A program made the translations under genes and the position numbers. DNA of 64,000 bases from Balanoglossus misakiensis (Eukaryota > Animalia > Hemichordata), in contig CM082578.2 in the NCBI GenBank assembly GCA_040954595.2, forward strand, positions 13,048,204 through 13,112,203. Reading direction: 5' to 3'. The notes under the pieces were generated by a model. It was not told where the DNA came from. It saw nothing but the letters and a program-made list of their open reading frames with translations, and made no database searches. Numbering within the stretch: position 1 is the stretch's first letter; every line of letters starts with the position of its first letter. This document shows positions 53,511 to 64,000 of the stretch, in pieces.

Positions 53511-53611
53511 GGCAAGGAGACACTTACATGTTAACTATGTCCGCCATTGCATTTGAACTCTCATTAGCGCCGGCAAAAACGGGATTACCAACAGAGCAAG
53601 TGAACACTCAG
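53511..53611 (+). other. Orphan exon; possible first coding or 5'UTR exon of a gene continuing beyond the satellite
   Basis: Very strong acceptor tttttttctgtttttttctgcag| and donor cag|gtaagg. ATG 53528 is open to the donor (MLTMSAIAFELSLAPAKTGLPTEQVNTQ, phase 0). Confidence 0.4.
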
Positions 53612-54297
53612 GTAAGGATAGCACTTGTAGGCTAATATGCACAGTTTCTTGGAACGTTCATAAAGGCCACATCGGAGAAAACTTCAAAGAAATGGAAAGC
53701 CCTTGAAATATGTACATTCTTCGGTGCAACAGAACTTCTGTGACGTCACCTAAAACATGAGTAGGACAAGAGTATCCGGCTTCTCGTAATGAAGTATCGT
53801 GCGTTTTTTTAAAGATTAATGATCTTTTACTGTGTGTCAACTGAAGAATTTAAAAAACTTCAAGAGGAATGTTATTTCGAACAGTTTGAAAAATATGAGT
53901 CGATGGTTGTCAAAACATCGCATCAGTCTGATCCATGGAATATATATCAGTCTGGATAAATACTTTGAAACATTTTCAGAGCTATTTTACATGACATATG
54001 TTTGACCGATTTTATTCCACCGTGTTTTTCTCCAATGATTTCTATTAATTCAATAGAGAAATGTCATTGACAAAAGGATTGTTCATTTGAGAGGCATGCG
54101 TCATATCCCGCGACGATGTTTTCAGGAGAGCATCTCGGCACAACAAAGCGTAACGCCAGATTATCAAGGATTTATTTTGTGCGCGCGTAACTAAGAGCAA
54201 ACACAAGTGGGTATTGTGTAAATCTTCACGCGCCTTTTTATCATATGTTTTGTATATTGTATAGAAAGTACATTAATAGATGATACTAAATATTTCA

Positions 54298-54376
54298 AGG
54301 GATCGAACTCAGAACCTGCCCTACCAATTAACGCAACAAAGACATCAAAGTCCCCAACCACTCGGCGACATCCCCA
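54298..54376 (-). mobile_element. Head of a degraded tRNA-derived SINE
   Basis: On the minus strand: A-box-like tcgccgagtgg (54368-54358) and B-box gagttcgatcc (54310-54300) at pol III spacing. No cloverleaf. Confidence 0.5.
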
Positions 54377-55153
54377 CCTTCACCCAACCTGGTTAATTCA
54401 TCACGGAAATTTTGTATCATGACGTGAACAATCTAGTCTTCCCCAGTTTGGCTCCGGCGAAATTCGTCCAATAATTAAATCTCCAAGGGGTGCCAAACTA
54501 AAAAATGAATTTGACAGTGTGACATAATGCTATAAATGTGAATACAGACAATCGGACTTGATAAGCAAACGGTGGGGGTCGCATCCTCACAGGTAAAATA
54601 TCCATTTCATTTCCGCGAAGTTAATTTGTTAATACCGAGCGTCGCCACAGAAGTCTCCCTCTTTTGTGATATAAATGTGTGTGGGCTGGCTGTTTTCCAC
54701 CACTGAATGTGTGTTTTCTATACACAGCGTTCCCTTCTCCTAACTAACACTATTTTAATACCTTCAAATCACTGACGTTTGGGTGCCCGAAGTTATCTTT
54801 ATAATCCTAATATCTAATTATTTCATGTACGACAAAGGTGTACTATCGGGATAAGCAGAGATTTTGCGATCTTTGGAATCAGGTTTGAACGTCTCATTAG
54901 GTCTCCTTTGACCATTTTACGCAGTGAATAAAAATGTCTGAAAGGCCGTGTAATCTGGGTTTTGGCTGAGTCTCTGACACCCACGAAGAAAGTATATTAA
55001 TCTTAAATCATCATGACAAGATCTCCCAATGTATAATAATTCGTGGCACGAAGAGGTAGATAATTAACCGCAATGCTCCAAACCATGACATAGGAAGGCA
55101 GCTGCGACTTTAAGTAGCACTGTTTGCCGAATGTCACATTTTCAAATAATTCT

Positions 55154-58100
55154 TGACAATTTTTCGACTTTGCGAAATATCAAAATTTCTTCATTTTTTT
55201 GAAAAAACCATGGGTTATAGCTCATGAAAATCATCCAGAAATGACAATTTTTCGACTTTGCGAAATATCAAAATTTCTTCATTTTTTTGAAAAAACCATG
55301 GGTTATAGCTCATGAAAATCATCCAGAAATGACAATTTTTCGACTTTGCGAAATATCAAAATTTCTTCATTTTTTTGAAAAAACCATGGGTTATAGCTCA
55401 TGAAAATCATCCAGAAATGACAATTTTTCGACTTTGCGAAATATCAAAATTTCTTCATTTTTTTGAAAAAACCATGGGTTATAGCTCATGAAAATCATCC
55501 AGAAATGACAATTTTTCGACTTTGCGAAATATCAAAATTTCTTCATTTTTTTGAAAAAACCATGGGTTATAGCTCATGAAAATCATCCAGAAATGACAAT
55601 TTTTCGACTTTGCGAAATATCAAAATTTCTTCATTTTTTTGAAAAAACCATGGGTTATAGCTCATGAAAATCATCCAGAAATGACAATTTTTCGACTTTG
55701 CGAAATATCAAAATTTCTTCATTTTTTTGAAAAAACCATGGGTTATAGCTCATGAAAATCATCCAGAAATGACAATTTTTCGACTTTGCGAAATATCAAA
55801 ATTTCTTCATTTTTTTGAAAAAACCATGGGTTATAGCTCATGAAAATCATCCAGAAATGACAATTTTTCGACTTTGCGAAATATCAAAATTTCTTCATTT
55901 TTTTGAAAAAACCATGGGTTATAGCTCATGAAAATCATCCAGAAATGACAATTTTTCGACTTTGCGAAATATCAAAATTTCTTCATTTTTTTGAAAAAAC
56001 CATGGGTTATAGCTCATGAAAATCATCCAGAAATGACAATTTTTCGACTTTGCGAAATATCAAAATTTCTTCATTTTTTTGAAAAAACCATGGGTTATAG
56101 CTCATGAAAATCATCCAGAAATGACAATTTTTTGACTTTGCGAAATATCAAAATTTCTTCATTTTTTTGAAAAAACCATGGGTTATAGCTCATGAAAATC
56201 ATCCAGAAATGACAATTTTTCGACTTTGCGAAATATCAAAATTTCTTCATTTTTTTGAAAAAACCATGGGTTATAGCTCATGAAAATCATCGAGAAATGA
56301 CAATTTTTCGACTTTGCGAAATATCAAAATTTCTTCATTTTTTTGAAAAAACCATGGGTTATAGCTCATGAAAATCATCCAGAAATGACAATTTTTCGAC
56401 TTTGCGAAATATCAAAATTTCTACATTTTTTTGAAAAAACCATGGGTAAAAGCTCATGAAAATCATCCAGAAATGACAATTTTTCGACTTTGCGAAATAT
56501 CAAAATTTCTTCATTTTTTTGAAAAAACCATGGGTTATAGCTCATGAAAATCGTCCAGAAATGACAATTTTTCGACTTTGCGAAATATCAAAATTTCTTC
56601 ATTTTTTTGAAAAAACCATGGGTTATAGCTCATGAAAATCGTCCAGAAATGACAATTTTTCGACTTTGCGAAATATCAAAATTTCTTCATTTTTTTGAAA
56701 AAACCATGGGTTATAGCTCATGAAAATCATCCAGAAATGACAATTTTTCGACTTTGCGAAATATCAAAATTTCTTCATTTTTTTGAAAAAACCATGGGTT
56801 ATAGCTCATGAAAATCATCCAGAAATGACAATTTTTCGACTTTGCGAAATATCAAAATTTCTTCATTTTTTTGAAAAAACCATGGGTTATAGCTCATGAA
56901 AATCATCCAGAAATGACAATTTTTCGACTTTGCGAAATATCAAAATTTCTTCATTTTTTTGAAAAAACCATGGGTTATAGCTCATGAAAATCATCCAGAA
57001 ATGACAATTTTTCGACTTTGCGAAATATCAAAATTTCTTCATTTTTTTGAAAAAACCATGGGTTATAGCTCATGAAAATCGTCAAGAAATGACAATTTTT
57101 CGACTTTGCGAAATATCAAAATTTCTTCATTTTTTTGAAAAAACCATGGGTTATAGCTCATGAAAATCGTCCAGAAATGACAATTTTTCGACTTTGCGAA
57201 ATATCAAAATTTCTTCATTTTTTTGAAAAAACCATGGGTTATAGCTCATGAAAATCGTCCAGAAATGACAATTTTTCGACTTTGCGAAATATCAAAATTT
57301 CTTCATTTTTTTGAAAAAACCATGGGTTATAGCTCATGAAAATCGTCCAGAAATGACAATTTTTCGACTTTGCGAAATATCAAAATTTCTTCATTTTTTT
57401 GAAAAAACCATGGGTTATAGCTCATGAAAATCGTCCAGAAATGACAATTTTTCGACTTTGCGAAATATCAAAATTTCTTCATTTTTTTGAAAAAACCATG
57501 GGTTATAGCTCATGAAAATCATCCAGAAATGACAATTTTTCGACTTTGCGAAATATCAAAATTTCTTCATTTTTTTTAAAAAACCATGGGTTATAGCTCA
57601 TGAAAATCATCCAGAAATGACAATTTTTCGACTTTGCGAAATATCAAAATTTCTTCATTTTTTTTAAAAAAAACCATGGGTTATAGCTCATGAAAATCAT
57701 CCAGAAATGACAATTTTTCGACTTTGCGAAATATCAAAATTTCTTCATTTTTTTGAAAAAACCATGGGTTATAGCTCATGAAAATCATCCAGAAATGACA
57801 ATTTTTCGACTTTGCGAAATATCAAAATTTCTTCATTTTTTTGAAAAAACCATGGGTTATAGCTCATGAAAATCGTCCAGAAATGACAATTTTTCGACTT
57901 TGCGAAATATCAAAATTTCTTCATTTTTTTGAAAAAACCATGGGTTATAGCTCATGAAAATCATCCAGAAATGACAATTTTTCGACTTTGCGAAATATCA
58001 AAATTTCTTCATTTTTTTGAAAAAACCATGGGTTATAGCTCATGAAAATCATCCAGAAATGACAATTTTTCGACTTTGCGAAATATCAAAATTTCTTCAT

Positions 58101-61100
58101 TTTTTTGAAAAAACCATGGGTTATAGCTCATGAAAATCATCCAGAAATGACAATTTTTCGACTTTGCGAAATATCAAAATTTCTTCATTTTTTTGAAAAA
58201 ACCATGGGTTATAGCTCATGAAAATCGTCCAGAAATGACAATTTTTCGACTTTGCGAAATATCAAATTTTCTTCATTTTTTTGAAAAAACCATGGGTTAT
58301 AGCTCATGAAAATCATCCAGAAATGACAATTTTTCGACTTTGCGAAATATCAAAATTTCTTCATTTTTTTGAAAAAACCATGGGTTATAGCTCATGAAAA
58401 TCATCCAGAAATGACAATTTTTCGACTTTGCGAAATATCAAAATTTCTTCATTTTTTTGAAAAAACCATGGGTTATAGCTCATGAAAATCATCCAGAAAT
58501 GACAATTTTTCGACTTTGCGAAATATCAAAATTTCTTCATTTTTTTGAAAAAACCATGGGTTATAGCTCATGAAAATCGTCCAGAAATGACAATTTTTCG
58601 ACTTTGCGAAATATCAAATTTTCTTCATTTTTTTGAAAAAACCATGGGTTATAGCTCATGAAAATCGTCCAGAAATGACAATTTTTCGACTTTGCGAAAT
58701 ATCAAAATTTCTTCATTTTTTTTGAAAAAACCATGGGTTATAGCTCATGAAAATCGTCCAGAAATGACAATTTTTCGACTTTGCGAAATATCAAAATTTC
58801 TTCATTTTTTTGAAAAAACCATGGGTTATAGCTCATGAAAATCGTCCAGAAATGACAATTTTTCGACTTTGCGAAATATCAAAATTTCTTCATTTTTTTG
58901 AAAAAACCATGGGTTATAGCTCATGAAAATCATCCAGAAATGACAATTTTTCGACTTTGCGAAATATCAAAATTTCTTCATTTTTTTGAAAAAACCATGG
59001 GTTATAGCTCATGAAAATCATCCAGAAATGACAATTTTTCGACTTTGCGAAATATCAAAATTTCTTCATTTTTTTGAAAAAACCATGGGTTATAGCTCAT
59101 GAAAATCATCCAGAAATGACAATTTTTCGACTTTGCGAAATATCAAAATTTCTTCATTTTTTTGAAAAAACCATGGGTTATAGCTCATGAAAATCATCCA
59201 GAAATGACAATTTTTCGACTTTGCGAAATATCAAAATTTCTTCATTTTTTTGAAAAAAACCATGGGTTATAGCTCATGAAAATCATCCAGAAATGACAAT
59301 TTTTCGACTTTGCGAAATATCAAAATTTCTTCATTTTTTTGAAAAAACCATGGGTTATAGCTCATGAAAATCATCCAGAAATGACAATTTTTCGACTTTG
59401 CGAAATATCAAAATTTCTTCATTTTTTTGAAAAAACCATGGGTTATAGCTCATGAAAATCATCCAGAAATGACAATTTTTCGACTTTGCGAAATATCAAA
59501 ATTTCTTCATTTTTTTGAAAAAACCATGGGTAAAAGCTCATGAAAATCATCCAGAAATGACAATTTTTCGACTTTGCGAAATATCAAAATTTCTTCATTT
59601 TTTTTGAAAAAACCATGGGTTATAGCTCATGAAAATCGTCCAGAAATGACAATTTTTCGACTTTGCGAAATATCATAATTTCTTCATTTTTTTGAAAAAA
59701 CCATGGGTTATAGCTCATGAAAATCATCCAGAAATGACAATTTTTCGACTTTGCGAAATATCAAAATTTCTTCATTTTTTTGAAAAAACCATGGGTTATA
59801 GCTCATGAAAATCATCCAGAAATGACAATTTTTCGACTTTGCGAAATATCAAAATTTCTTCATTTTTTTGAAAAAACCATGGGTTATAGCTCATGAAAAT
59901 CATCCAGAAATGACAATTTTTCGACTTTGCGAAATATCAAAATTTCTTCATTTTTTTGAAAAAACCATGGGTTATAGCTCATGAAAATCATCCAGAAATG
60001 ACAATTTTTCGACTTTGCGAAATATCAAAATTTCTTCATTTTTTTGAAAAAACCATGGGTTATAGCTCATGAAAATCATCCAGAAATGACAATTTTTCGA
60101 CTTTGCGAAATATCAAAATTTCTTCATTTTTTTGAAAAAACCATGGGTTATAGCTCATGAAAATCATCCAGAAATGACAATTTTTCGACTTTGCGAAATA
60201 TCAAAATTTCTTCATTTTTTTGAAAAAACCATGGGTTATAGCTCATGAAAATCGTCCAGAAATGACAATTTTTCGACTTTGCGAAATATCAAAATTTCTT
60301 CATTTTTTTGAAAAAACCATGGGTTATAGCTCATGAAAATCGTCCAGAAATGACAATTTTTCGACTTTGCGAAATATCAAAATTTCTTCATTTTTTTGAA
60401 AAAACCATGGGTTATAGCTCATGAAAATCGTCCAGAAATGACAATTTTTCGACTTTGCGAAATATCAAAATTTCTTCATTTTTTTGAAAAAACCATGGGT
60501 TATAGCTCATGAAAATCGTCCAGAAATGACAATTTTTCGACTTTGCGAAATATCAAAATTTCTTCATTTTTTTTGAAAAAACCATGGGTTATAGCTCATG
60601 AAAATCATCCAGAAATGACAGTTTTTCGACTTTGCTAAATATCAAAATTTCTTCATTTTTTTTAAAAAACCATGGGTTATAGCTCATGAAAATCGTCCAG
60701 AAATGACAATTTTTCGACTTTGCGAAATATCAAAATTTCTTCATTTTTTTGAAAAAACCATGGGTTATAGCTCATGAAAATCATCCAGAAATGACAATTT
60801 TTCGACTTTGCGAAATATCAAAATTTCTTCATTTTTTTGAAAAAACCATGGGTTATAGCTCATGAAAATCATCCAGAAATGACAAATTTTCGACTTTGCG
60901 AAATATCAAAATTTCTTCATTTTTTTGAAAAAACCATGGGTTATAGCTCATGAAAATCATCCAGAAATGACAATTTTTCGACTTTGCGAAATATCAAAAT
61001 TTCTTCATTTTTTTGAAAAAAACCATGGGTTATAGCTCATGAAAATCGTCCAGAAATGACAATTTTTCGTCTTTGCGAAATATCAAAATTTCTTCATTTT

Positions 61101-64000
61101 TTTGAAAAAACCATGGGTTATAGCTCATGAAAATCGTCCAGAAATGACAATTTTTCGACTTTGCGAAATATCAAAATTTCTTCATTTTTTTGAAAAAACC
61201 ATGGGTTATAGCTCATGAAAATCATCCAGAAATGACAATTTTTCGACTTTGCGAAATATCAAAATTTCTTCATTTTTTTGAAAAAACCATGGGTTATAGC
61301 TCATGAAAATCGTCCAGAAATGACAATTTTTCGACTTTGCGAAATATCAAAATTTCTTCATTTTTTTGAAAAAACCATGGGTTATAGCTCATGAAAATCA
61401 TCCAGAAATGACAATTTTTCGACTTTGCGAAATATCAAAATTTCTTCATTTTTTTGAAAAAACCATGGGTTATAGCTCATGAAAATCATCCAGAAATGAC
61501 AATTTTTCGACTTTGCGAAATATCAAAATTTCTTCATTTTTTTGAAAAAACCATGGGTTATAGCTCATGAAAATCATCCAGAAATGACAATTTTTCGACT
61601 TTGCGAAATATCAAAATTTCTTCATTTTTTTGAAAAAACCATGGGTTATAGCTCATGAAAATCATCCAGAAATGACAATTTTTCGACTTTGCGAAATATC
61701 AAAATTTCTTCATTTTTTTGAAAAAACCATGGGTTATAGCTCATGAAAATCATCCAGAAATGACAATTTTTCGACTTTGCGAAATATCAAAATTTCTTCA
61801 TTTTTTGAAAAAACCATGGGTTATAGCTCATGAAAATCATCCAGAAATGACAATTTTTCGACTTTGCGAAATATCAAAATTTCTTCATTTTTTTGAAAAA
61901 ACCATGGGTTATAGCTCATGAAAATCATCCAGAAATGACAATTTTTCGACTTTGCGAAATATCAAAATTTCTTCATTTTTTTGAAAAAACCATGGGTTAT
62001 AGCTCATGAAAATCATCCAGAAATGACAATTTTTCGACTTTGCGAAATATCAAAATTTCTTCATTTTTTTGAAAAAACCATGGGTTATAGCTCATGAAAA
62101 TCATCCAGAAATGACAATTTTTCGACTTTGCGAAATATCAAAATTTCTTCATTTTTTGAAAAAACCATGGGTTATAGCTCATGAAAATCATCCAGAAATG
62201 ACAATTTTTCGACTTTGCGAAATATCAAAATTTCTTCATTTTTTTGAAAAAACCATGGGTTATAGCTCATGAAAATCATCCAGAAATGACAATTTTTCGA
62301 CTTTGCGAAATATCAAAATTTCTTCATTTTTTTGAAAAAACCATGGGTTATAGCTCATGAAAATCATCCAGAAATGACAATTTTTCGACTTTGCGAAATA
62401 TCAAAATTTCTTCATTTTTTTGAAAAAACCATGGGTTATAGCTCATGAAAATCATCCAGAAATGACAATTTTTCGACTTTGCGAAATATCAAAATTTCTT
62501 CATTTTTTTGAAAAAACCATGGGTTATAGCTCATGAAAATCATCCAGAAATGACAATTTTTCGACTTTGCGAAATATCAAAATTTCTTCATTTTTTTGAA
62601 AAAACCATGGGTTATAGCTCATGAAAATCATCCAGAAATGACAATTTTTCGACTTTGCGAAATATCAAAATTTCTTCATTTTTTTGAAAAAACCATGGGT
62701 TATAGCTCATGAAAATCATCCAGAAATGACAATTTTTCGACTTTGCGAAATATCAAAATTTCTTCATTTTTTTGAAAAAACCATGGGTTATAGCTCATGA
62801 AAATCATCCAGAAATGACAATTTTTCGACTTTGCGAAATATCAAAATTTCTTCATTTTTTGAAAAAACCATGGGTTATAGCTCATGAAAATCATCCAGAA
62901 ATGACAATTTTTCGACTTTGCGAAATATCAAAATTTCTTCATTTTTTTGAAAAAACCATGGGTTATAGCTCATGAAAATCATCCAGAAATGACAATTTTT
63001 CGACTTTGCGAAATATCAAAATTTCTTCATTTTTTTGAAAAAACCATGGGTTATAGCTCATGAAAATCATCCAGAAATGACAATTTTTCGACTTTGCGAA
63101 ATATCAAAATTTCTTCATTTTTTTGAAAAAACCATGGGTTATAGCTCATGAAAATCATCCAGAAATGACAATTTTTCGACTTTGCGAAATATCAAAATTT
63201 CTTCATTTTTTTGAAAAAACCATGGGTTATAGCTCATGAAAATCATCCAGAAATGACAATTTTTCGACTTTGCGAAATATCAAAATTTCTTCATTTTTTT
63301 GAAAAAACCATGGGTTATAGCTCATGAAAATCATCCAGAAATGACAATTTTTCGACTTTGCGAAATATCAAAATTTCTTCATTTTTTTGAAAAAACCATG
63401 GGTTATAGCTCATGAAAATCATCCAGAAATGACAATTTTTCGACTTTGCGAAATATCAAAATTTCTTCATTTTTTTGAAAAAACCATGGGTTATAGCTCA
63501 TGAAAATCATCCAGAAATGACAATTTTTCGACTTTGCGAAATATCAAAATTTCTTCATTTTTTTGAAAAAACCATGGGTTATAGCTCATGAAAATCATCC
63601 AGAAATGACAATTTTTCGACTTTGCGAAATATCAAAATTTCTTCATTTTTTTGAAAAAACCATGGGTTATAGCTCATGAAAATCATCCAGAAATGACAAT
63701 TTTTCGACTTTGCGAAATATCAAAATTTCTTCATTTTTTTGAAAAAACCATGGGTTATAGCTCATGAAAATTCACCACTCTCAGAAATGACAATTTTTCG
63801 ACTTTGCGAAATATCAAAATTTCAAAGAAATGACAATTTTTCGACTTTGCGAAATATCAAAATTTCTTCATTTTTTTGAAAAAACCATGGGTTATAGCTC
63901 ATGAAAATCATCCAGAAATGACAATTTTTCGACTTTGCGAATATCAAAATTTCTTCATTTTTTTGAAAAAACCATGGGTTATAGCTCATGAAAATCATCC
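55154..64000. repeat. Satellite DNA array, 88-bp monomer, about 100 copies, continuing past the window end
   Basis: Monomer tgacaatttttcgactttgcgaaatatcaaaatttcttcatttttttgaaaaaaccatgggttatagctcatgaaaatcatccagaaa. Period 88 (55154 to 55242). Very few variants. One disrupted junction at ~63771-63830. Confidence 0.99.

Noticed and set aside
61718-62975. Three identical 67-aa ORFs (MKKPWVIAHENHPEM...)
   Set aside because: Artefacts of the satellite: a T6 instead of T7 monomer keeps the frame open. They start at TTG and may reflect homopolymer errors.
55154-64000. CRISPR array or CENP-B box in the 88-bp repeat
   Set aside because: There are no unique spacers and no cas genes, and the context is eukaryotic. 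tttcgactttgcgaaat has TTCG but lacks the A and CGGG positions of the CENP-B box.

Overview
Eukaryotic, intron-containing genomic DNA from an AT-rich animal genome. The gene style and repeats suggest a marine invertebrate, possibly a deuterostome, but this is inference. All genes found are on the + strand. (1) The last exons and a ~2.7 kb 3'UTR of an unidentified gene with a Ser-rich, alternatively spliced C-terminus (891-~7220). (2) A complete clan-2-like cytochrome P450 with 3 coding exons (8087-9925). (3) Two tandem paralogous class A GPCRs with intronless coding regions, TRH/ghrelin/neuromedin-U receptor-like (27156-28289, 32278-33405). (4) A multi-exon, apparently non-coding locus at ~40.1-44.0 kb built from tandemly amplified exon-intron and acceptor/polyA modules. 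(5) Several MITEs, palindromic elements and tRNA-derived SINE remnants. (6) An ~8.8 kb array of ~100 nearly identical 88-bp satellite monomers running off the right end. The most notable observation is that 50 bp of the satellite monomer also occur once, inverted and diverged, inside a putative Kolobok-like non-autonomous element 8 kb upstream, which suggests the satellite arose from a transposon. Most ORFs in the supplied track are spurious. No CRISPR, rRNA or intact tRNA gene was found.
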